Shown here one piece after another: positions 1 to 8,360 of a DNA stretch of 17,573 bases. The position numbers and the translations under genes were made by a program. The notes under the pieces are model-generated. The model did no database searches. It was not told the DNA's origin and saw only the letters and a program-made list of their open reading frames with translations. The number at the start of each line of letters is the position of its first letter. Positions within the stretch are counted from its first letter, which is position 1. Source of the stretch: Candidatus Bathyarchaeota archaeon (GTDB lineage: Archaea > Thermoproteota > Bathyarchaeia > Bathyarchaeales > Bathycorpusculaceae); the NCBI GenBank assembly GCA_963775895.1, contig CAVZKL010000002.1, forward strand, positions 1 to 17,573. The letters run 5' to 3'.

Positions 1-161
1 GAACTAATGCCTAAAAGATAAAACCCACGCACTCCAACTAGCTCAGGGTGGTGAGGATTAGCACCCAAACGAGGTCCTCATTCGTGGACCGTTCCACACC
101 TATGCTCACAATGGTTCAAGTTTCTATCATCCCCATACCCAAAAGGGTTCAAAACCTGAGA

Positions 162-236
162 TGGGGCTGCCCGGATTTGAACCGGGGTCTAAAGCGCCCG
201 AGGCTTCAAGCCTAGACCAAACTAGCCGACAGCCCC
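162..236 (-). tRNA. tRNA-Pro (anticodon CGG), intronless, CCA not encoded
   Basis: Reverse complement reads GGGGCTG...GAAGC-CT-CGG-GC-GCTTT...CCCGG-TTCAAAT-CCGGG-CAGCCCC-A, giving a full cloverleaf with a GGGGCTG/CAGCCCC acceptor stem and a TTCAAAT T-loop. Confidence 0.96.
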
Positions 237-351
237 AATTGTCGACAGTGTCATTTTCGGACCAGAAAATAAGTGTTCCCTAACACCTTTAAACCCTTAG
301 TTCACAACCGTTGCAAGAAATGAAATAAGGAAGAAAGACGCTGGTCAAGGT

Positions 352-1251
352 ATGCCCGCCAAGATCAGAAAACTGATCGAGACTGATCGTGAAGACATAA
401 ACGAGATATCTCGACACGTGTGGGACGGAAACGACTATTTGCCAACTGTTGCTGAGGAATGGCTGAAGGATCCGAAGTGCCATTTCTTTGGTGTTGAAGT
501 CGCTGGTCACATCGTGGCCGTAGGCAACCTCAGACTCATAGAGGATGGACAGATCGGTTGGATGGAGGGACTTAGAGTGCATCCTGAGTTCAGAGGAAAG
601 GGGTTTGCAAACGAGATCACTCAACACCTAGTCACGGAAGCTGAACGCCTAGGTGTCCCTTGCCTTAGGTACACGACTGCTGATGAAAACATTGCCTCCC
701 TAAAGCTTGCAAAAATGGCGGGGTTTTCAAGGTTCCTCAAGATGACTGTCCTCTGGATCACCAACCCAACAACATTGCCTCAGATCAGAGGCTACCCCAC
801 GATAGAAGAAACAAGCCCGGCAAGAACTTTTAGATTGTTGAAAACCAACCCAGACATAATTTCTCACAGGATTCTGATCTATGACTGGAAGGCTTTGAAC
901 AATAAGCTTCAAAACCTTGAAGTGATTGGAAAAAACCACCATTTCTACATCGCTCTGAAAGATGGAAAGGCCGATTCGGTCTCGTTTGCCCCCGGCAAAT
1001 CAGAACCGAACCAAGCATGGTGGAGTTACACAGTCTATGCTAACGATACACAAGGCTTCGTAGCGCAACTCTCCAACAACATGACAATAGCCCTAGAACG
1101 CGGTTTCAAATCGATCACCTGCACATTTGAAACCAAATTTGAAAAAACTCTCAGCTCAATGGATTTTGGATCTGAAGAACGAGGCATAACTCATTTGGTA
1201 CTACTTGAGAAGCAGATTCAATCAAAGAAACCACAACGGCTTTGCCATTAA
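352..1251 (+). CDS. GNAT-family N-acetyltransferase with C-terminal extension
   Basis: 299-aa ORF with the acetyl-CoA motif EGLRVHPEFRGKGFA and the distal GNAT motif ENIASLKLAKMAGF. Confidence 0.88.
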   Translation: MPAKIRKLIETDREDINEISRHVWDGNDYLPTVAEEWLKDPKCHFFGVEVAGHIVAVGNLRLIEDGQIGWMEGLRVHPEFRGKGFANEITQHLVTEAERLGVPCLRYTTADENIASLKLAKMAGFSRFLKMTVLWITNPTTLPQIRGYPTIEETSPARTFRLLKTNPDIISHRILIYDWKALNNKLQNLEVIGKNHHFYIALKDGKADSVSFAPGKSEPNQAWWSYTVYANDTQGFVAQLSNNMTIALERGFKSITCTFETKFEKTLSSMDFGSEERGITHLVLLEKQIQSKKPQRLCH

Positions 1252-1410
1252 ACCTCGTTCTTTTGGGCCTCCCATCGCAAGCCCTAGCGCTTGGACCTAT
1301 CGCACGCGCTATAGTCAACTCACATGTCGCAATCACCAAAATGTTGGTTCAGCGCACCCACTTTCGTTTTCTAAAGGTCAGGCCTCTTCAATCTGGGTTG
1401 AGCACAACTG

Positions 1411-1419
1411 AATTATAAG
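1411..1419 (+). promoter_or_regulatory. TATA box for the leaderless small zinc-finger gene
   Basis: AATTATAAG lies about 25 nt upstream of the ATG at 1440, the usual archaeal spacing. Confidence 0.55.
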
Positions 1420-1439
1420 GGCTGTTGAAGAATTGTTCT

Positions 1440-1604
1440 ATGGTGAAAAAAGTGGGCGCTGCTCAACCAGTCAAATGCCAAAGATGTGGAAAACCACTGG
1501 GTTACGTGACTGTACTTGCAAAAGGCTTTACCTCCCTGCCACAGTCCCTTCAAAATGTGAAATTAATCGCAATTTGCATGGAGTGTTCTCAAAAGAAAAA
1601 GTAG
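1440..1604 (+). CDS. Small zinc-ribbon protein, 54 aa (not in the ORF track)
   Basis: Hand translation gives MVKKVGAAQPVKCQRCGKPLGYVTVLAKGFTSLPQSLQNVKLIAICMECSQKKK*; two CxxC knuckles, a correctly spaced TATA box, and it fills an otherwise empty gap. Confidence 0.8.
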   Translation: MVKKVGAAQPVKCQRCGKPLGYVTVLAKGFTSLPQSLQNVKLIAICMECSQKKK

Positions 1605-1651
1605 ACAGTGTGAAGCGCGCGCTTTCTTGGTGCCAAAGTAAACATTGTCTT

Positions 1652-2248
1652 TCATCGTTTGGATACGAATTTGTTGTTTCTAATGTAGAATCTCCAAGGT
1701 CTATCTCTCCACTCATCTGCATAGTCCACGTTAACCCTGGTGGATTGAGCAATGTCTTCTTCATCCACAACCTCTCCTACGTCGATGTGCAATGGTGAAA
1801 CGCACAAGTCCGCTGCATTCTGCTTCTTGGTCAAACCCATAGCCATACAAAGCCTGCCAGGTCCGTTCGTCAGATTGGCAACATTTCCATTTGAAACATC
1901 TCGACGCCTCAACATGATTTCAATACCGCCCAACGGTTCCAGAGCCCTCACCAAGATTGCCTCAGGCTTTCCAGTGAGTCTTCCACTCGTAGCATTCAGA
2001 CAATAGTACATTCCATAGACCAAGTAGATATACGCATGCCCCTTCGGTCCGAACTGGACTTCTGTCCGCGGAGTGCGGAGGTTGCGGTAAGCGTGCGAAG
2101 CCTTGTCCTCTGGACCTATGTAAGCTTCCGTCTCAACAATCTTGCCCATCGTTAGGCCTTCCGAAGTTTCATGGACGATGACTTTTCCAAGAAGCTCTTT
2201 AGCCACCGTCAACGTGTCTCGCTCATAGAAGTCTCTCGTCAGGATCAT
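1652..2248 (-). CDS. mpg: DNA-3-methyladenine glycosylase (MPG/AAG family)
   Basis: Family motifs GKIVETEAY, GHAYIYLVYGMYYCLN, EAILVRALEP, NGPGRLC and PWRFY. Confidence 0.95.
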   Translation of the reverse strand: MILTRDFYERDTLTVAKELLGKVIVHETSEGLTMGKIVETEAYIGPEDKASHAYRNLRTPRTEVQFGPKGHAYIYLVYGMYYCLNATSGRLTGKPEAILVRALEPLGGIEIMLRRRDVSNGNVANLTNGPGRLCMAMGLTKKQNAADLCVSPLHIDVGEVVDEEDIAQSTRVNVDYADEWRDRPWRFYIRNNKFVSKR

Positions 2249-2334
2249 AACTCAACATTTGCAGCTTGAGTCAAATAAGACTTGTACTGCAAGACCACCA
2301 AGCGAATTCTGACAGGACTCGCTGAAGCCAGAAA

Positions 2335-2823
2335 CTAGGAGCGGGCGCGCTTTGCGCGCAAGTCGAGCAGTAAGCCAAGCACATTGTCAATTAGAAAACG
2401 TTCATCAATGATTGCTCCGAGGCGACGATTTATTCCCTTGCAGGGCAAAAGTTTCAGCACAAATCTGTCTGAACTGGTTTTTTCAATGTGGAAAGGGTAA
2501 AGTCTGCACCGTGCGGGTCGGTAAGGGTAAACCGTGCATTCATAGAATTGTTTTTGTGAGTCAAATTTGAGGAACACACACGAACCTGAAACCATGTTTT
2601 TTAGGCACCCATTGGTTGCATCTAGAAACTCGGCTCTGGCTAAGCCCGCCTTTTTCAATTGTTCAACATCCTTTGAGGAGAGTCTGGGTCCACCCAGCTT
2701 GCAACAAAAGGTGGCGCAGCGTTGGCATTTGAACCGAAGATTATTGCCAAACAGCGCTATGTGTTTGACGTTACCAGTCTCGGGTTCAATGCTTATCTCT
2801 GCTATCTTTGCATCTGAATCCAA
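2335..2823 (-). CDS. YkgJ-family cysteine-cluster (Zn/Fe-chelating) protein
   Basis: FKCQRCATFCC, CVFL and CTVYPYRPARCRLYPF motifs. Start moved from 2925 to the in-frame TTG at 2823 (GGAGT upstream); the exact start is uncertain. Confidence 0.8.
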   Translation of the reverse strand: MDSDAKIAEISIEPETGNVKHIALFGNNLRFKCQRCATFCCKLGGPRLSSKDVEQLKKAGLARAEFLDATNGCLKNMVSGSCVFLKFDSQKQFYECTVYPYRPARCRLYPFHIEKTSSDRFVLKLLPCKGINRRLGAIIDERFLIDNVLGLLLDLRAKRARS

Positions 2824-2940
2824 CGCGTGCGGACTCCGCAATGTTTTATGAGACTTTCCTATTTTAAGGCGCGCGCTAAGATGTTGCAAAGGGATATATG
2901 ATATAACAGTCAAAGTACACGACAAGAGGAAACATCAAAA

Positions 2941-3417
2941 ATGAAACGACAACCGAGCCAATTCGCAGAAAAAGCGGCAAACTACTTCAAACAAGATTAC
3001 AACTGTGCTCAAAGCGTGTTGATAACCATGCAGGAATACTATGGCGTTCGCAGGGACAGATTGATCCCAAAAATCGCAACGGCATTTGGAGGGGGAATAG
3101 GACGACGCGGTTCACTGTGCGGAGCATTGACAGGGGCCATAATGGCGATCGGGTTGAAACATGGAACCAGTAAGACAGTCTTGATAGAAAAAGAAAAGGC
3201 ATACAAGATAGCTCTGGAATTCTATGACAAGTTCGCAAAAACATGTGGTAGCCCCTTCTGCAGAGAACTCATCGGTTATGATTTGACCAATGCTGCAGAT
3301 CTGGAAAGAATGCGAAAATCAAATGTGCGCGAGGAAAAATGCTCTCATTTCGTGAAGAAAGCTGTTGAGATACTGATCGGTTTAGAAATGCAGCAGAACT
3401 CGGTGCACCAGAGTTAA
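2941..3417 (+). CDS. C-GCAxxG-C-C family putative redox-active protein
   Basis: YNCAQSV, FGGGIGRRGSLCGALTG, SPFCREL and a distal Cys (KCSHFV). Confidence 0.92.
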   Translation: MKRQPSQFAEKAANYFKQDYNCAQSVLITMQEYYGVRRDRLIPKIATAFGGGIGRRGSLCGALTGAIMAIGLKHGTSKTVLIEKEKAYKIALEFYDKFAKTCGSPFCRELIGYDLTNAADLERMRKSNVREEKCSHFVKKAVEILIGLEMQQNSVHQS

Positions 3418-3488
3418 TGTTCCGCAGTCCAGCTTAACTTCACGCACCAAATCAGCGCGCGCTGTACTCGGGAATTTTGGCGGAGTTG

Positions 3489-3965
3489 TCATTCCCTTTT
3501 CACTTTCAGAAATAGTTTCATTCCTTCGAGAAGAAATATCACCATGGCTACTGCCGTTGTGATGGTGAGGAATATGAAGTCGAACCGTGGGGTTTCAGCT
3601 GCTGAAAGCTCTACAGCTATTATGATGATTTCTGCGGTCAAGATGCCGGTGAAGAAGAAGGAGTAGAATATCAATCTGGGGACGAGGTTTCTTCCGACCC
3701 AGAGATGTCCTTTGATGTTGATCTTTTCTGCGACGGCGTATTGTCCATAGTTGTCTTTCTGAATCAGGCCGAGGTTCTCGAGTTTCTGAAGGTGCCTGTA
3801 AGCCATGCTGGGGCTACTAAGGTCCAGGTCTCTCATGACGTCTCGTGGGCCTTGCGGTTTTCCTTTTCCTATCAGGTAGACGTACACCTTTAGGGTCGTG
3901 CCCTCAAGCTCTTCGTCAGCGTTCAGCTTGTCAACTCCTCGACTGGACGTATACGTCGAAGCCAT
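3489..3965 (-). CDS. Membrane-anchored winged-helix transcription regulator (wHTH + 2 TM)
   Basis: GPRDVMRDLDLSSPSMAYRHLQKLENLGLIQK wHTH followed by two hydrophobic helices. The true start may be CTG at 3926. Confidence 0.82.
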   Translation of the reverse strand: MASTYTSSRGVDKLNADEELEGTTLKVYVYLIGKGKPQGPRDVMRDLDLSSPSMAYRHLQKLENLGLIQKDNYGQYAVAEKINIKGHLWVGRNLVPRLIFYSFFFTGILTAEIIIIAVELSAAETPRFDFIFLTITTAVAMVIFLLEGMKLFLKVKRE

Positions 3966-4599
3966 TCTCGATCTGCAGCAACTGATTTCCTGATATTAGA
4001 GCATTGTATAAGAACTCTCTGCCGTACGCCTGCAGATGCACCTGTTTGAGTCCGAATCCCGCGGAATATGTTCCTTCTCCAGAAGGCTGGGCTTCAACGC
4101 GTCCGTACAGATACAGGCTTCCACTCGTCAGTGACAGATAGACTGTTTCATAAACGTCGACCATTCCGGTCAGGGCGACCAGCTTAGACTCATGGGGGCT
4201 CCAGTATTGATCCCAGCCGGGGTACCATTTGATTGTTCGGACATCGTATACGACTGGGTTTTGCATTTGGGGGGCGCCGTTTTTGATGATGATCATCGGA
4301 CCCGCGGCCGCTTCAAGCTCTTCCACGTATGCTAGTTTGTCAGAGTGGTTCGTAATGTTGAGCACGATGATGTACGAGATCAGGTGTTGTTCGTGCTCCT
4401 GAGGGTTGCTGGCGTTTCTCCACAGGCCGGATATGTTCTGGCTGAACGCTTGATCGCTGAAGTATGCGTACTTCACATCGGTGATCAGTTCTATGCTCGT
4501 CGCCGGTCTCAGGTTTGAAATCAGGAGCGGGATGGAAAAGGCCAAGCCGAGGAGAAGTGCCAGAACTCCTCCCAGAATGAGCTTCAAACGCAAGTTCAT
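3931..4599 (-). CDS. Membrane-anchored/secreted hypothetical protein
   Basis: 222 aa; N-terminal hydrophobic anchor, beta-rich body, several N-x-S/T sequons (NIS, NAS, NIT, NHS); GGTGA SD upstream. Confidence 0.8.
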   Translation of the reverse strand: MNLRLKLILGGVLALLLGLAFSIPLLISNLRPATSIELITDVKYAYFSDQAFSQNISGLWRNASNPQEHEQHLISYIIVLNITNHSDKLAYVEELEAAAGPMIIIKNGAPQMQNPVVYDVRTIKWYPGWDQYWSPHESKLVALTGMVDVYETVYLSLTSGSLYLYGRVEAQPSGEGTYSAGFGLKQVHLQAYGREFLYNALISGNQLLQIENGFDVYVQSRS

Positions 4600-4649
4600 T
4601 AGTCTTCACCGGTTAACTCGTTTACGTGGGATTGCTCATAGCTCTGCTT

Positions 4650-4669
4650 GAGGAACACGATTGTTCCTC
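4650..4669. promoter_or_regulatory. Perfect inverted repeat, candidate operator
   Basis: GAGGAACA-CGAT-TGTTCCTC, about 50 bp upstream of the 4599 start. Confidence 0.5.
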
Positions 4670-4722
4670 CCACAGAACACACTGAGCGACGAGGGCGCGC
4701 GCTCAGAGTCATGGTCTTTCTT

Positions 4723-5082
4723 TCACGCACTGTGCCGTCTTTTCAAAAGCAGAATGACTGCAACAACCGCTATGATGATGAGGGCAATTGCAGCCGCTAA
4801 GTAGTAGATCATTGACATGCCTGAACCATTTGACTCTGGTGTGGAAACCGGTGGAGGGGGACCTATACCGTACCTGTTGAGCTGCAGCAATGAAGAGTAA
4901 GTGCGGCAATCGTTTCGTAAGGTGCTCGCAGCGGTTGCTGCCTGAGCGGTGACAGCCAAATTGGGGTTGGGAGCCGTTACCACTTGCGGAATACCAGACC
5001 AAATGTAACTGAATGAGGACCCGCTTGCGATCAACACGGCGAGAATTAGTGTGATGAAGACCGCCCTGGTCTTCCTGCCCAT
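4723..5082 (-). CDS. Small membrane protein (N-terminal signal/TM, C-terminal TM with basic tail)
   Basis: 119 aa; two hydrophobic segments, KRR tail; minus-strand CTTATATG TATA near 5118-5125. Confidence 0.7.
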   Translation of the reverse strand: MGRKTRAVFITLILAVLIASGSSFSYIWSGIPQVVTAPNPNLAVTAQAATAASTLRNDCRTYSSLLQLNRYGIGPPPPVSTPESNGSGMSMIYYLAAAIALIIIAVVAVILLLKRRHSA

Positions 5083-5178
5083 TCTTTCAACCCAGAGTTA
5101 TTCTGTGCCTTGAAACCATATAAGGATTATCGCGCGCTTGAAAAGTCTCAGCCGAGCGCCGAGGATCAGCGTGCGCTT

Positions 5179-5493
5179 TCAAGCAGGTCTGACTTGCTTT
5201 CGCTTGCCTATCACCTGACAAAGGTCCTGAATGGTCTTCTGAAAGATCTCCCTTTCTTTAGTGAGAATCTCAACAGAATTTGTGAGCCCCTGTCTCTCAA
5301 TACGCAGGCTGTTCGTCTCTTCTTGAAGCCGCCAGATCCTTTGTTTGGACGCCCTCATCTCTTTTTTCAACTCTGCGACCTCCTTTCGAAGCGTCCCTAC
5401 CTCGCCGGTCAAGACATTCATGTACGCCTGCAACTCGTCTCTCTGCTTCTGCAACTCTTTCAATTTGGATCTCCGAGTGAGACCGAAACCCAC
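5179..5493 (-). CDS. Coiled-coil hypothetical protein
   Basis: Continuous heptad pattern LKELQKQRDELQAYMNVLTGEVGTLRKEVAELKKE. Start is either GTG 5493 (GGGGGA upstream) or the in-frame ATG 5559 at the end of repeat copy A. Confidence 0.75.
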   Translation of the reverse strand: MGFGLTRRSKLKELQKQRDELQAYMNVLTGEVGTLRKEVAELKKEMRASKQRIWRLQEETNSLRIERQGLTNSVEILTKEREIFQKTIQDLCQVIGKRKQVRPA

Positions 5494-5556
5494 GGTGAAT
5501 TCCCCCGACGAGAAGACAAGGCAGCACGAGATATAAGAATAGTGCGCGCCAACGGG

Positions 5557-5635
5557 CATATTTGGATCCTAATATTCATGATACATTGAAACCGAGGAGG
5601 GGAGGTGCACAATAAGCTTTTTTTCAGCGAATAAA
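5557..5635 (-). repeat. Copy A of the ~80-bp duplicated promoter/leader cassette
   Basis: First 49 nt are identical to 14077-14125; the rest differs by 1 indel and 2 substitutions. Contains minus-strand AAAAAAAGCTTATT (BRE/TATA-like). Confidence 0.95.
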
Positions 5636-5693
5636 ACCTTCGAAACGTTACAGAACGGTTACAAAGAGGAAAAATTGGGAAGGAGAGACTTGA

Positions 5694-6074
5694 TTAAACG
5701 TACTTCTGTTCCTTGTCGCAGTACCATCTCTGATATTGCTGTATGTACCTGATTGGACCGCCGCAGGTCGGACAGGTCGGTGTGGCCGGAGTAGGCGATG
5801 GTGCAGGTGCAGCAGCCTGCGGCATGGGTCCCATGAGTCGTCTGTTGAGAGAAGCGATTTCCTCGTAAATCCTGAACTGCACAACCCAGTACTCGCAAAG
5901 TATTCGCCACACAAGGTTTCCAAGCAACAGCATGATCAAACCCGCGATGATACCGACAGGTCCGAACAGCATCAACAGAAAAGACCCAATCGTCACTATG
6001 ATGGCACCCAGGACGTAGATTATCATTATGAACGTCGTTGTTATGAATCGCCTGAAACTAAGATATTCGCTCAT
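5694..6074 (-). CDS. DUF4282-like membrane protein with Pro-rich linker and C-terminal CPxCG zinc ribbon
   Basis: YLSFRRFITTTFIMIIYVLG...WRILCEYWVVQFRIYE, then PAPSPTPATP and CPTCGG...WYCDKE. Start set at ATG 6074 rather than 6149. Confidence 0.78.
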   Translation of the reverse strand: MSEYLSFRRFITTTFIMIIYVLGAIIVTIGSFLLMLFGPVGIIAGLIMLLLGNLVWRILCEYWVVQFRIYEEIASLNRRLMGPMPQAAAPAPSPTPATPTCPTCGGPIRYIQQYQRWYCDKEQKYV

Positions 6075-6218
6075 ACAGATCCATCTCACAGCCCTGTTGT
6101 GTCCAGGTCCAAATATAAGTTTTCGAAGAGTAACCCTTGCAACCAACACGATTATCGAAACCGTGAAGGATCAGTCAAGTAAAAGATTCCTGTCCTCCAA
6201 CGCGAAAATGCAGACAGT

Positions 6219-6464
6219 CTATTTCTTCCCTTGTTTTGACGCTGCCGCCCTTTCCCTAGCCAATCGAACCTGCACGTCTTCCTGTATCATCTCAATGCTC
6301 CTCAAAACATCCGAATAAGACGTGGCCGCCGAGAAACAAATGACCGCGGCCGTCCCAACGATCATTTTTGTGTCAGGACCCAAAATCTCCCTCAACTCCT
6401 CCGGAACGTGCAACACGTCAGATTCAATCCTTGCCATCAACGTTTTCAGTTCACCCAAACCCAT
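6219..6464 (-). CDS. Small hypothetical protein, possibly AbrB/SpoVT-like DNA-binding
   Basis: RIESDVLHVPEELREILG resembles the AbrB G-x-I-x-IP-x-x-IR motif. ATG 6464 has GGTGG upstream; ORF track start is 6515. Confidence 0.62.
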   Translation of the reverse strand: MGLGELKTLMARIESDVLHVPEELREILGPDTKMIVGTAAVICFSAATSYSDVLRSIEMIQEDVQVRLARERAAASKQGKK

Positions 6465-6857
6465 TCCACCGATTTCATAATAATTCTCAGAACTATTCAA
6501 GTCTTGCTCCCCCAACTTTTTCCGTACGCACGAAGAACAACCTGACTCGAAGCAAGGATTGAGGTCTAAATCCGCGCGCGCAAGGGCCGCAGAAGAGTTT
6601 CTAGAAGCGCAAAAAGCCGAACGAGAGTTTGAACCAACGCGGGCAGAAATGGAATCAGAAGCGTATCGGGAGAGGTCTGGCCGAATCTAGGCGTTCGCGT
6701 TGTTTGTTTAGAATTGCAGCTCCGCTTAGGAAGACTGCGCACGCCACTAGTTGTTTACACAAATACAAGTAATGCATTGTTGCCAGTTCTTCACAAAGGT
6801 TTAATGTCCTAACAAGTCTATATCAGCTTTCAAAGTAGGTTAGGAGAAAACTGATCC

Positions 6858-7145
6858 ATGGACGACTTTGAGGAGAAATTCATAAAACCGATCATAAACG
6901 CCTCCTACCCCGGAACCTTGGCCGCACTGAGTCTCGCCGTTCTGCAAGTCACAGGCAAACAATTGCCTCTGATCTTGAAATTCACGTTACTAATCGGAGC
7001 AACCGCATTTCTCTTATCGGCATTTTCAGTCTTCTTCTACAGCATATATCCCACACGCAAGAAACTCTGGACTATAACAGCACTCATGTTCCTCGTTGGA
7101 CTATTCTGTCTGATTGCCTCAGTTCTGCTGCTGTTCATAATATAA
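6858..7145 (+). CDS. Small integral membrane protein (3 TM)
   Basis: 95 aa, three hydrophobic helices, AGGAG upstream. Confidence 0.78.
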   Translation: MDDFEEKFIKPIINASYPGTLAALSLAVLQVTGKQLPLILKFTLLIGATAFLLSAFSVFFYSIYPTRKKLWTITALMFLVGLFCLIASVLLLFII

Positions 7146-7379
7146 AAAAACATAAACCCATTTCAGCACGCATAGAGCACTCACGAGACACGCTAGATGG
7201 TCCGAGACGAGAAGATGAAAAAAGAAAGCCTGCACACTTGTATGGGTGACTTTGTCCTTGGATTTCAGAGAATATTGAATTACGGATTCCGGAAGATGTT
7301 AAATGCAACGGGCCCAGCCTCAGACTCGGTTCAGTGAGCACAAACGTTTTTTACTTCACTTTTTAATGCATACCTGATA

Positions 7380-7817
7380 ATGTCAACGAAGCCGAACAAC
7401 ATTGATTTTCCCAAGAATATCCGTTTTCGGTGCACAAGGTGCACCTTGTGTTGTGGAGATGCCAGCAAAAAAGCCAGGCACATCGTCATGCTTGACGATG
7501 AAGCAGAGAGAATTTCCGAGAAGGTCCTTGAACCTGTTGTGCGTTTCGCCCTCAGGATCGAAGGCCGTAGCCCCTATGTCTATGAGATGCGAAAGAATGA
7601 AATTGGCAAGTGTGTTTTTCTGAACAAAGATACGTGCAAAATATACCTTTCCAGGCCGCTCGTCTGTCGGTTCTACCCTTTCGAGTTGAGACCTGAAGAA
7701 AAACATGAACATATCTTCTCATTCACGTACGAGTGCCCAGGAATAGGCAAAGGAAAGCGAATGACGCGAAAACATTTCATGCAACTCTTGGGACACGCCA
7801 AAGATCAACTGAGCTGA
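7380..7817 (+). CDS. YkgJ-family cysteine-cluster protein
   Basis: FRCTRCTLCCG, CVFL, CKIYLSRPLVCRFYPF, CPGIG. Confidence 0.9.
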   Translation: MSTKPNNIDFPKNIRFRCTRCTLCCGDASKKARHIVMLDDEAERISEKVLEPVVRFALRIEGRSPYVYEMRKNEIGKCVFLNKDTCKIYLSRPLVCRFYPFELRPEEKHEHIFSFTYECPGIGKGKRMTRKHFMQLLGHAKDQLS

Positions 7818-7897
7818 CATCTGAGGGTGCCGAGTTCATCTCCGTTTCCATGCTTTTAGACTTCGAGACCTTGGCCTGCGGGATCCAGATGCTGCCC

Positions 7898-8233
7898 TCA
7901 TGAAGACTTATGAGACGTCTTAATCGTGCTAAGCGTAGTCGTCCTTACAGAAACTGCGGTTGGCGAACTGCCCACCATTGGGCGTTCTTGCAGGTGCCTG
8001 TGTCCACAGCCGCATTCGAACCCGATTGTTCGGCCGTGTCGTGTGATCTGTTTCCATTTTTTGCTACCGCATTTTACATTCTGTCGGTGGATCACCCAGA
8101 GCTGTTTGGCTTCTACGCGTGTCAGCGGAGCGAAACGTTTTGCTCTCGTGGAGAACCACACGACGTAGACTATGAAACATGCCCACGTGGTCGGCGCTAT
8201 TATCCACAGGTTGGAAATGAATATTTCCATCAT
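7898..8233 (-). CDS. Hypothetical protein: N-terminal TM plus His/Cys putative metal site
   Basis: Hydrophobic N-terminus, then LWVIH...C...FECGCGH. GGTGA SD precedes ATG-ATG at 8233/8230; ORF track start is 8272. Confidence 0.72.
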   Translation of the reverse strand: MMEIFISNLWIIAPTTWACFIVYVVWFSTRAKRFAPLTRVEAKQLWVIHRQNVKCGSKKWKQITRHGRTIGFECGCGHRHLQERPMVGSSPTAVSVRTTTLSTIKTSHKSS

Positions 8234-8360
8234 GTTTTTCACCATATGTATTTGTGTTCTGCACGGATACAATATGTCCGAAACGAGACATATATTATTA
8301 TAGAATATGCCATCTTACGATATAAACGTTTTGGACCATCGATAATCAAAACTTCAGAAA

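Noticed and set aside
41-109. Structured RNA downstream of the tRNA (GGGTG/CACCC, TGAGGA/TCCTCA, GGTCC/GGACC pairings; box C/D-like words)
   Set aside because: Stems are short and mutually competing; they do not fit the fluoride riboswitch, HDV ribozyme or C/D sRNA layouts. An Infernal/Rfam search would settle it
5557-5635. Repeat as a CRISPR repeat (contains ATTGAAAC)
   Set aside because: Only two copies 8.5 kb apart, identity continues past ATTGAAAC, and there is no spacer array or cas gene
7197-7337. 46-aa ORF MVRDEKMKKESLHTC... in the gap before the YkgJ gene
   Set aside because: No motif, SD or clear promoter; cannot be supported from sequence alone
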